DNA of 22,455 nt, taken from assembly GCA_048881705.1 (NCBI GenBank), contig JBHLSH010000067.1, positions 1 to 22,455 on the forward strand. The letters are read 5' to 3'. Position 1 is the stretch's first letter; the number at the start of each line of letters is the position of its first letter. The notes under the pieces were generated by a model, which worked only from the letters and a program-made list of their open reading frames with translations, was not told where the DNA came from and made no database searches. This document shows positions 7,637-15,800 of this stretch, piece by piece. The stretch is from Candidatus Heimdallarchaeota archaeon (lineage in GTDB: Archaea > Asgardarchaeota > Heimdallarchaeia > Hodarchaeales > Hodarchaeaceae). The position numbers and the translations under genes are program-made.

Positions 7637-8668
7637 CTACTCTAGGATCATAAGTGGGTAGGATTCCCCGATCAAACTTTCAACCGTGTTTCGTATCGTG
7701 TTTTGAGCCTCGCGAATTTCCTTAAGGTCAAAAAATTTGCCCAATTCTTTCTCAATATAGTCTTCTGGAGCCGATTTCTCGTCCCTTGATATTATGAGGA
7801 AAATTTCTCTCTCGAGAGGCCCACGAGAGAATTTGGATCGCATCCGTGCTCCAATGATTTCGTAAGCGATCAAAATTTCTAATTGACGATTGTTTACCCG
7901 TTTGACTACCTCCTCGGTTAGAACCAGGACAGAAAAAATTTCATTAGCCCGATTAGTGGAATTCAAGGTAAATATGGGAATGTACACGGGCTCGAACAGG
8001 TTTTCTAAACTGGTCTGGAATAAAAAAGGGGCGACATTGATACGATATCGTGTTGCAATTTCTTTGGAATATTCTCTAAGGTTACTCTTGATATTGCCAA
8101 GCGCACGTTTGGCCTTTCTCAATTCATCCAAAAAAGTCAGACGTTCCGTTCTTACTTTCTCTTCAATCTGTAAAATTGGAATAATAGGAAGGCCTAGGCG
8201 TACTTTCATACGCATTTGGACCTCAATTTTCTCAACAAAGTCCTGATAAGGGGTGATTTCTTCGTTGTTTTTACGGATTGGATGAAGGCGCCTAATATCA
8301 TCAAATGCTGCATTTTCTGCTTCTTGGGTCGTATAGTTTTCGCACAATATGTATTTCAAGATATTACTAAAATATTCCATTCCAGTCTGAACAGCCATTG
8401 CATCTAGTGATTGAAAGATCGGAATCGAAAATGCAATAACCAACAATCGGATCTGATTTTCTATAATTTCTTGAAAACAGAATGGACTAATCTTTCGATT
8501 AGCTCGTTGAATCAGACCATTCACACCACAGAATCTAACCTGATCTATAACATCTAATAATTTTGGATGTTGGATTGCAACTCTTTCAAACTCTGTACCC
8601 ATCCATTCCTCAATCGTTAGTAGGAACTGAAATTGCCGATTAGGAGGGATACTTTCAAAGGAACTCAT
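7637..8668 (-). CDS. Hypothetical protein with a C-terminal catalytically degenerate M48/HtpX-like zincin domain
   Basis: ATG at 8668 has an AGGTGA SD (8674-8679); the track start GTG at 8677 lies inside that SD. LVLTEEVVKRVNNRQLEILIAYEIIG parallels the HtpX V.VT.GLL..L...ELEAVLAHELGH motif with both His residues lost. Confidence 0.6.
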   Translation of the reverse strand: MSSFESIPPNRQFQFLLTIEEWMGTEFERVAIQHPKLLDVIDQVRFCGVNGLIQRANRKISPFCFQEIIENQIRLLVIAFSIPIFQSLDAMAVQTGMEYFSNILKYILCENYTTQEAENAAFDDIRRLHPIRKNNEEITPYQDFVEKIEVQMRMKVRLGLPIIPILQIEEKVRTERLTFLDELRKAKRALGNIKSNLREYSKEIATRYRINVAPFLFQTSLENLFEPVYIPIFTLNSTNRANEIFSVLVLTEEVVKRVNNRQLEILIAYEIIGARMRSKFSRGPLEREIFLIISRDEKSAPEDYIEKELGKFFDLKEIREAQNTIRNTVESLIGESYPLMILE

Positions 8669-8745
8669 TTCGGTCACCTAATGGAATCTCCCCGCTGACC
8701 TAAAAGATTTCGGTGTTGTTTCTGGCAATAAAATTGCGATCCAAG

Positions 8746-9768
8746 TTAATACCGTTTACTTGCGTGTCGATAAGCGCTGCCAAAAAGGAAAAGGAAAATG
8801 CTGAAGGCCAGTAAAATAGCTGTTGATTGACTAATTGCAGCGAGATTTCCTGAAGCAAAGTTAACAATTTGAAATATAACAAGAGTTAACCAACCCCTTA
8901 TGCTTGTATCTCTCGTTGTTGTTAATCCTTTCCAATACCTTAGGATTAACATCAGAATTCCAATAACTACCGCTCCAATATGAATCCAATCCAAAATGAC
9001 GTCAAAGGATTCACGAAATATTAAGAACAAACTTTCAAGAGAGATAAATATCAGAATCGATAGTAATGTGATCAAACGATCAGGAACATTAACTGTGTAA
9101 TCGACCTGCTTTGCTCCTTCATAGATGAAATATATAACCCCACCTATCGTAGCGGCATCAGCTAGGATGAGCGCCGAGGTGTACAGAAGGTCTATATTCT
9201 CATTCCAGGTTATAAACAGTTGAGTCAAGAAATTAAAAATACCAGTATCGGGAGTCGATGCATCAAACCCGAAATAGAAGCCTAAAATGACGAATAAAGG
9301 CAGTGGAAGGTATAACAATGTAAGAAGAAGCGTTTTACGTTGCGTTGTGATACGAGAATCCGGATCTCTCCATCCAAGCAAATAGGCCGCAATAAAATAG
9401 CCCCCAAAAAGAGAAAGTACAGGAGTGATGATAGGAAAGAAAAAGATAATCCCGATTAAGAAGTTGAATCCGTAAAACGTTCTAATAGAGGTGGGTAAAC
9501 GCCAAACTTCAAAACCAAAGGTCTCGTACGCATCTGAAATCTGATAACGACGGCCTAACGTCCAAAGAAGAAAGGGAAACGACATAACCAGCGGTCCAAT
9601 CCCATATACAATAACATCGGACCAAATACGGAGGGCCGGAGTGTCAAAGAACCATATAACTCCATTACTGAAAATAAAAGAGAGAATGTAAAAGTAAATC
9701 GGAATTAGAACAAACTGCAGGATAACAATGAGTCTACCGTAATGAAGAGAGACCTCATAGTCACTCAT
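8746..9768 (-). CDS. Uncharacterised multi-pass membrane protein (~9-10 TM segments)
   Basis: 340-aa ORF of alternating long hydrophobic stretches and short charged loops. No family motif recognised. Confidence 0.75.
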   Translation of the reverse strand: MSDYEVSLHYGRLIVILQFVLIPIYFYILSFIFSNGVIWFFDTPALRIWSDVIVYGIGPLVMSFPFLLWTLGRRYQISDAYETFGFEVWRLPTSIRTFYGFNFLIGIIFFFPIITPVLSLFGGYFIAAYLLGWRDPDSRITTQRKTLLLTLLYLPLPLFVILGFYFGFDASTPDTGIFNFLTQLFITWNENIDLLYTSALILADAATIGGVIYFIYEGAKQVDYTVNVPDRLITLLSILIFISLESLFLIFRESFDVILDWIHIGAVVIGILMLILRYWKGLTTTRDTSIRGWLTLVIFQIVNFASGNLAAISQSTAILLAFSIFLFLFGSAYRHASKRY

Positions 9769-9794
9769 AACATCATTTCCAAATCTTTTTCTCT

Positions 9795-9818
9795 AACGGG
9801 ATTTAAACGGGGTTTAAA
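9795..9818. promoter_or_regulatory. 11-bp tandem direct repeat containing two TTTAAA TATA-like boxes in a divergent promoter
   Basis: AACGGGATTTA (9795-9805) and AACGGGGTTTA (9806-9816). TTTAAA at 9802-9807 and 9813-9818, between divergent genes starting at 9768 (-) and 9897 (+). Confidence 0.4.
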
Positions 9819-9896
9819 AATATATTTTCCACGGAGCTCATTCTTGATAACGATAAACCTAGCTGGTTTCATAATGTCATTTTGGAGGTTTTATTG

Positions 9897-10208
9897 ATGG
9901 TTGAAGCTAATGAAAGCGAGAATTTTCCATATAGGAGTGATTATTACCATTTAATAAAAGGAAAGACGATTTCGCGGCGTGGGCGATGGTGGACGGCTGC
10001 CCTTCTAGTTCAGCATGTCAATAATGCGGATAAGCGGATAGTTGTCATCCAACGGTGGCAAAAACGCAATCGGGCAGATCCCGATGCGGATGGAAAGATG
10101 TCAAGCTACTGGGCTCCTATGAAAGCTTTTACATTAAACTCCAGCCGAACTTGGGAAAGTTTGAAAGAAGTGGTGGAGAATTGGCTTTCAACTAATGCCT
10201 GGGAATAA
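9897..10208 (+). CDS. Small basic protein, possible PC4/Whirly-like nucleic-acid-binding fold
   Basis: GGAGGT SD at 9884-9889 points to the ATG at 9897. Trp/Arg-rich beta-strands followed by a C-terminal helix (F.L.S..TWESLKEVVE), similar to the PC4 pattern. Confidence 0.5.
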   Translation: MVEANESENFPYRSDYYHLIKGKTISRRGRWWTAALLVQHVNNADKRIVVIQRWQKRNRADPDADGKMSSYWAPMKAFTLNSSRTWESLKEVVENWLSTNAWE

Positions 10209-10227
10209 ACTCGCGCTTATGCATCTT

Positions 10228-11559
10228 TCAAGTAATCTCAATGTATTCGTAGGCCTGACGGGTTGATTCAAAACCATAGTGGATTTTTTGATAATCCTGG
10301 CGGAATTCTGCAACTCGTTTTGCCATTTCGCGAGGATCTTTCTGATCTATTAAAACCGCCTTAAATAGTTCTGCAATCTCTTCCATTTCGCTCTCCTTCA
10401 TGCCCAGTCGTGTGATCTCTTGGGTACCTATACGGATTCCGCCAGGGTTCCGATAATTACGCTTCTCAATGACATCCCATGGGAGGAGATTTCGATTTGC
10501 CACAATGTGAGATCGTTCCAGCAGTTGTTCCACATCAGCCCCAAGCCCAATAGATCCCTGGAAATTGCTAATATCGACGAGTAACGTATGGGATTCAGTA
10601 AATCCCTTATCCGGACATACGACTTGGAATCCTCTTTCGTACAGTGCTTGTCCCAGAGCTTTCGCATTTCTGATCACTTGTTCTGCATAGGCTTTGCCGA
10701 ATTTTTTAAACTCGGCGGCGGCAACCGCAAGGCCAGCGACATGCATCAAGTGGTGGTTAGAAGTCATGCCAGGGAATGCAGCCGCTTTGATCTGATCCAC
10801 CAACTCTTCTCTTGCACTTATTACAAGGCCTTTCTGGGGTCCAGGGAATGTTTTATGGGTTGACATTGTCATGGTATCTGTTCCCTCCCGCAAGGGATCC
10901 TGAAACTTTTTAGCCGCTATTAGTCCCGCCACATGGGCCGCATCGTAGTTCACATGGGCACCAACATCGTGGGCTGTTTTAGCCAACTCCTTTACAGGAT
11001 GAGGAAACAAAAAAACACTAGCTCCGAATTGAACCAGCTTGGGTTTTTTCTCCTGAATAGCTTTGATTGAAGCGTCAACGTCAATATTTAGACCATATCT
11101 GTCAAATGGAAGATAGTCTACGTCCAATCTTGACACAGCGCCAGCTGTTCCTCCAATAAAGGCCCCTGTTTTTGCTTTGAGAGGTCCAGAGCTGATATGT
11201 CCCCCCACAGGAATCGAAATTGCCAACATCTTGTCGTTAGCTTGTGCAAAAGCTGTGTAAACAGTTAGGTTAGCTACGACCCCCGAGATAGGACGCGCAT
11301 CCACAAATGGCGCATCAAAAAGATCTCGTAGAAGCTTCAAACAAAGCTCTTCCAATTCATCGAAGTATTGGTTTCCTGGGTAGACTCGCTCGCCTATCCA
11401 CCCCTCTGCGTATCTATGGGCCAGGTCACTTATTGCAGCCTCACGAACTGCTGGTGTTGTTAAATTCTCACTGGCAATAAGGGGAATAGCACTTTTCCAG
11501 TACTCGTGATGCCTTAGTAGGATATTCTTTACGCGTAAAAACCCTGGGTCGTCATGCAT
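10228..11559 (-). CDS. glyA: Serine hydroxymethyltransferase (archaeal type)
   Basis: LIASEN, RYAEG, ELE..C, GGHISS, YDAAHVAGL, PLP-lysine motif TMSTHKTFPGPQKG, SNHH and GIRIGTQE. ATG at 11559 follows a GGTGGT SD (11567-11572); the track start is TTG at 11574. Confidence 0.97.
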   Translation of the reverse strand: MHDDPGFLRVKNILLRHHEYWKSAIPLIASENLTTPAVREAAISDLAHRYAEGWIGERVYPGNQYFDELEELCLKLLRDLFDAPFVDARPISGVVANLTVYTAFAQANDKMLAISIPVGGHISSGPLKAKTGAFIGGTAGAVSRLDVDYLPFDRYGLNIDVDASIKAIQEKKPKLVQFGASVFLFPHPVKELAKTAHDVGAHVNYDAAHVAGLIAAKKFQDPLREGTDTMTMSTHKTFPGPQKGLVISAREELVDQIKAAAFPGMTSNHHLMHVAGLAVAAAEFKKFGKAYAEQVIRNAKALGQALYERGFQVVCPDKGFTESHTLLVDISNFQGSIGLGADVEQLLERSHIVANRNLLPWDVIEKRNYRNPGGIRIGTQEITRLGMKESEMEEIAELFKAVLIDQKDPREMAKRVAEFRQDYQKIHYGFESTRQAYEYIEIT

Positions 11560-11727
11560 TTGTGTTACCACCAATAGTTACCGTTGACAAACTAAAATTC
11601 GCTAAAATATTAAAGAATTCTTAACTTGAGTTTAACTGTACTGAAATTAGGCCACGTATCATTTCATGGTCGGTACCTCTGTAAATCAGTTAAAATTTTC
11701 CCCCACATCCTTCTCTACTAAGTATGC

Positions 11728-11733
11728 AGGTGA
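11728..11733 (+). promoter_or_regulatory. Shine-Dalgarno site of gcvT
   Basis: AGGTGA 9 nt upstream of the ATG at 11743. Confidence 0.65.
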
Positions 11734-11742
11734 TTTCTCACT

Positions 11743-12897
11743 ATGCCGATGAAAACTCAATTATATGACTATCACAAGGAAAACGGTGATATGATCAACT
11801 TTGCGGGATTTCAAATGCCCGTGATGTATTCATCCATTCAAACTGAACATATGGCTGTACGAAACAGCGTGGGACTCTTTGATGTCTCCCATATGGGACG
11901 TATGTGGATAGAAGGCTCCGATGCAGACGTTTTTATAAATTATTTGACCCCAAGAGACCTTAACAAAACATTAGTAGGACGAGCTTCATATACATTCATG
12001 TTAAACGAACAAGGCGGGTTTAAAGATGATTTGGTTTTTGAACGGATTGAGGAGAATAAGTGGTTACTGGTTTGGAACGCTGGTAATCTTCGTAAAATTG
12101 AACTATGGATTCGAACCGTCTTGGAAGCTATTAATAAATTCTCTCAGGTGGATGTGAGTATCAATAATATTTCCAACTCCTCCGCAATGTTTGCATTACA
12201 AGGGCCATTATCTCCTAGATTACTTTCTACTAAATTCACAGAGTTAAATCCGCCATCACCATGGAATGTGGTAGAGACGACCCTTGACAATATAAAAATA
12301 ATACTTTCTGGTACAGGATACACTGGCGAGAGAGGTTATGAAATTATTGTCTTTGATACCACGCCTGATAATCCCAGCAACGCGAGAAAAGTATGGGATT
12401 TCTTATTGGAGCCAAAGAATGCTGACATATCTTCCATCCCGTGTGGACTTGGCGCTCGCGACTCTCTTCGTCTGGAAGCTGGATATTGTCTTTATGGTAA
12501 CGATATTAATGAGAATCTCACCCCTGTTGAAGCTGATTTATTTTTTCCACCTTTTATCCATATGAACGGGCCGGATTTCGTTGGAAAGCAGGAACTAAAA
12601 CGTCTACAAGATAAAGATCCTGATCTTATCCGAATTGGTTTGAAGGCCGCTAAAAAAGGACCAAGCCCGAGGTCTGGAGTGAATCTTTATCATAATACAA
12701 AAAAAATTGGCCATATAACTTCAGGCGGGTTTTCGCCTCTGCTTCAGATAGGTGTTGGAATGGGGTACGTGTATCCAGAGGTAAGCGATCCAGGAACCCT
12801 AATTCAATACGAAATACGGGGAAAATTCCATGATGCTCAGGTGGCTACATTTCCACTCTTTGATCCTCAGAAGTTCGGAAGCAAGCGTCAGACCTAA
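11743..12897 (+). CDS. gcvT: Glycine cleavage system aminomethyltransferase (T protein)
   Basis: FAGFQMP..Y.SI..EH.AVR..VGLFDVSHMG, GYTGERGYE, GLGARDSLRLEAG..LYGND and GHITSG.FSP. Confidence 0.96.
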   Translation: MPMKTQLYDYHKENGDMINFAGFQMPVMYSSIQTEHMAVRNSVGLFDVSHMGRMWIEGSDADVFINYLTPRDLNKTLVGRASYTFMLNEQGGFKDDLVFERIEENKWLLVWNAGNLRKIELWIRTVLEAINKFSQVDVSINNISNSSAMFALQGPLSPRLLSTKFTELNPPSPWNVVETTLDNIKIILSGTGYTGERGYEIIVFDTTPDNPSNARKVWDFLLEPKNADISSIPCGLGARDSLRLEAGYCLYGNDINENLTPVEADLFFPPFIHMNGPDFVGKQELKRLQDKDPDLIRIGLKAAKKGPSPRSGVNLYHNTKKIGHITSGGFSPLLQIGVGMGYVYPEVSDPGTLIQYEIRGKFHDAQVATFPLFDPQKFGSKRQT

Positions 12898-15800
12898 TCT
12901 TCATCCTTTTTCTTTGCCTTCTCTCCAGTTTTACCTGAAATCCCTCCTAATTCGGATAAAGCATCTGAAAACATATCAGTAAGGCTTGGAGGTTGGACTG
13001 CAGGGGCCTCTGATAGCTTTTCCTCTGGCACCTTATCGGGAATCTCTTCATATGAAACCTCGGGGATACTAAAAATATCTTTGTCACCGGACATTTCATC
13101 TTCAGATAACGCATCCATAATTGAGGTTACCGGCAATGAAGTTGTTTGTGATGAAAATGGACTCTCACCGGGCTCAGCCTGCGTTTCTACGATCTCCTCG
13201 GGCGGAATACTAACTTCCTCGGCATGTTTTCGTGCCGATTCTTCTTCGTGAATGAGGATTTCCAGTGGAGTAAGGTCGGGAATAGCTTCTGCAGGAGGTG
13301 CCTCAATTGACGGGCTTGTTGTTTCTTTTTCTTCCTCAGGAATCGGTTCTGCTTCTTTTCGAATCAGACGACCAAATACGTCTACCTTCCATTCCTCGCT
13401 GGAAACCTGTGGCTCTTCCAGTGTGCCGAGATCTGGAATTGGTTCGGAATCCATTGAAGGTGAATCCGAAGCTACCGGAGCAAACAAGCTTTCAACATCT
13501 TCATCTGTAAGACGAACAGGTCTATCCTCAGCGGGGGTTTGATCTTCAATTCTATGCTCTTGGGGAAATAGAGACATAGCTTCTTCTTGAGACAGAGAAG
13601 TCTGCGTGGATGTTTCAATTTTATCTTCCGGAGGAGGCAATATACTACTATCAACCTCTGGAATCTCTGGTTCAGGGCTGTCAGAGACCTCAGGTACACT
13701 TTTCATGACGATTGATTCTTCTACGATCCCTGCTACCTCTTCCGCTACTTCTTCCTTTAGGAACTCTTCCGAAAGTTCCGAGGATTCAGGTGGGACTTGA
13801 AGAGATGGCGACAGGAATTCGGATGTTTCCACAAGCTCGGGAGGCGCGACAAATTCTTCGCGAATTTCAGCGGCCTCTGGTGCCGTTATCTCTTCCTCTT
13901 CGACTGATTCGTAAGCTAAACGCTTTTTCTCTAGCTCAGTGTATTCTTTTTTATATTTCCTAGCCTTAATTTCAAATTCAGAAAGATAATTTTCAACTGA
14001 TGCTTCGAGATCGGCATCGTTGCTCCTTTTTGCATATCTTGATAAAAAGACCAAGATTCCGCCCAATTTCTCCCCAGTGTTAATCATACCCCCCAATCGA
14101 CATGCATAATCAACGTAGGATTTGACCAGCGTTACGTTATCAGCGGCTATACCTTCTTTCAGTAGGCGTACAACCGTATTAAAGAGTAATTCAAAGTCCT
14201 CGACGCCTTCGAGCTTTTCTAGTGCCTTCTGGAAGGAGGATCCCGCCTTTTGATCCTTTATCCTCATCAAAAACTCCGTCATTTTTGCTTGCAAAAGGGC
14301 CGCATGCTTGTTGGCATTATATTTCTCACATAAGGTAATACCTCGTTGGAGTGTTCGAATGGCCTGACGCGGTGAAGCAACCTCATCAGCAAGGCTAGTG
14401 TAAACGTTTAAAACTCCTTCAAAGTCATTTATACTTCGATAAAAGTCTGAGGCCTGATATGCATATTCTGAAGCGAGATCAGGATTTTCTGCCGCCACAT
14501 ACAGTGTAAATTTCTCTGCAATTTTCGCAGCAAGTAGTCTCCCCTCATGACCGAACCTTTCCTGATTGGTTATCGTCCGAATAATACGATCTGTGAATTC
14601 ACGAGCGCCCTCAAGAAGTGTTCGAGAAATGAGGCCTTTAATAAAACCAAAAGCGCTCGGCAGCATATCAACCAATGACTTCTCGGTGTTTTCCAACATA
14701 CCAGACATTAAACGCGAGGCCGATGAAATCAAATCCGCTTCCAACAGGATAGATGTATATTTTTCCGAAAGTCTGTCCCCCTCAACCCCAGATCCCTCCA
14801 TATAAACCGACATGACAAAATCAACCAGGTTTTCACCCATTTCTTCTGATAAACTCCCAGATTTTATCAGTTTATCATAAAAATTCTCTGAGAAGGCTGT
14901 AAATTCATCAAAGGAGGGAGATAGGGTCTGTTTAATAGTATCTATCACCTCTGGATCGGGATGTTCTTCTACGAGGGGGATCAGATATCTGGAAGCAATT
15001 TTCTTAAAATCGTCACTATCCTCCCTTAATTTCAATATCCTCCTGAGGATATTCAGTGCGTTCGCCTTATCAGATTCGTAGATCTGGTTAAAGACCATTT
15101 GCAGGGTTTTTAGCGATTCTGATCCCTTGCCAGCCTCCTCCAAGAGCTTGGCCATTTCCAGAGTGAATCGAGTTATTGCTACGCTGTCTCCCCGCTCCCT
15201 TACTTTGTCCAGGTATTTCTTTACAGAAGCGATCACCAAAGGATATCGCTTATGTCCCCTTCCAAAACGCAGAATTAGATCGGTCATACGATCTGAATTT
15301 TCATACTGAGCTTTTTCAATGAATTTGTTTCGAACGCTTTCTAAATATCCCACCACTTCATCGATCGACCCTAGACTTTCTAAATACCGAGCATTCTGGA
15401 CACTAAAGATATAGGCGTCCTGATACCGTTCCTGTTCGATTTGTTTATTTATGATTCTTGAAACAAGGTCAATGGCTTTCTGATAGTCTTCCTTACTCTC
15501 TAACTCCTTCAGAATTTCATCAGTAATCTTCTGGGCCAAATCAATCGATTTTTCTAGGATTTCCTCCTGGAAGACGAGTAGACGTTCGATCGCGCCTTCG
15601 GGGTCCCCCATGGCACGATATGTTTCGGATATTTTATGTGTATACTTTTCTACAAGGTCAAAACGATCAGTTTCGTTTAATAGGTGTTCAACAAATCGTG
15701 AGAGATTATCAATTGCCCGCGTGTAATCTTTATTCTTTAGCTGCAAGGCCTCGAGCTGATCAAGCATATAGGCGGCGTGATCAACCGCGTTAAGTTTTAA

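Noticed and set aside
7890-8407. Plus-strand ORFs 7890-8246 and 8216-8407
   Set aside because: Antisense to the pseudo-zincin gene; no features.
8700-8882. 60-aa minus-strand ORF
   Set aside because: Overlaps the 3' end of the multi-pass membrane gene in another frame; no SD or motif.
11560-11742. Glycine riboswitch between glyA and gcvT
   Set aside because: AT-rich gap lacking the conserved GGAGA/GAAG/CAGG aptamer elements and stems.
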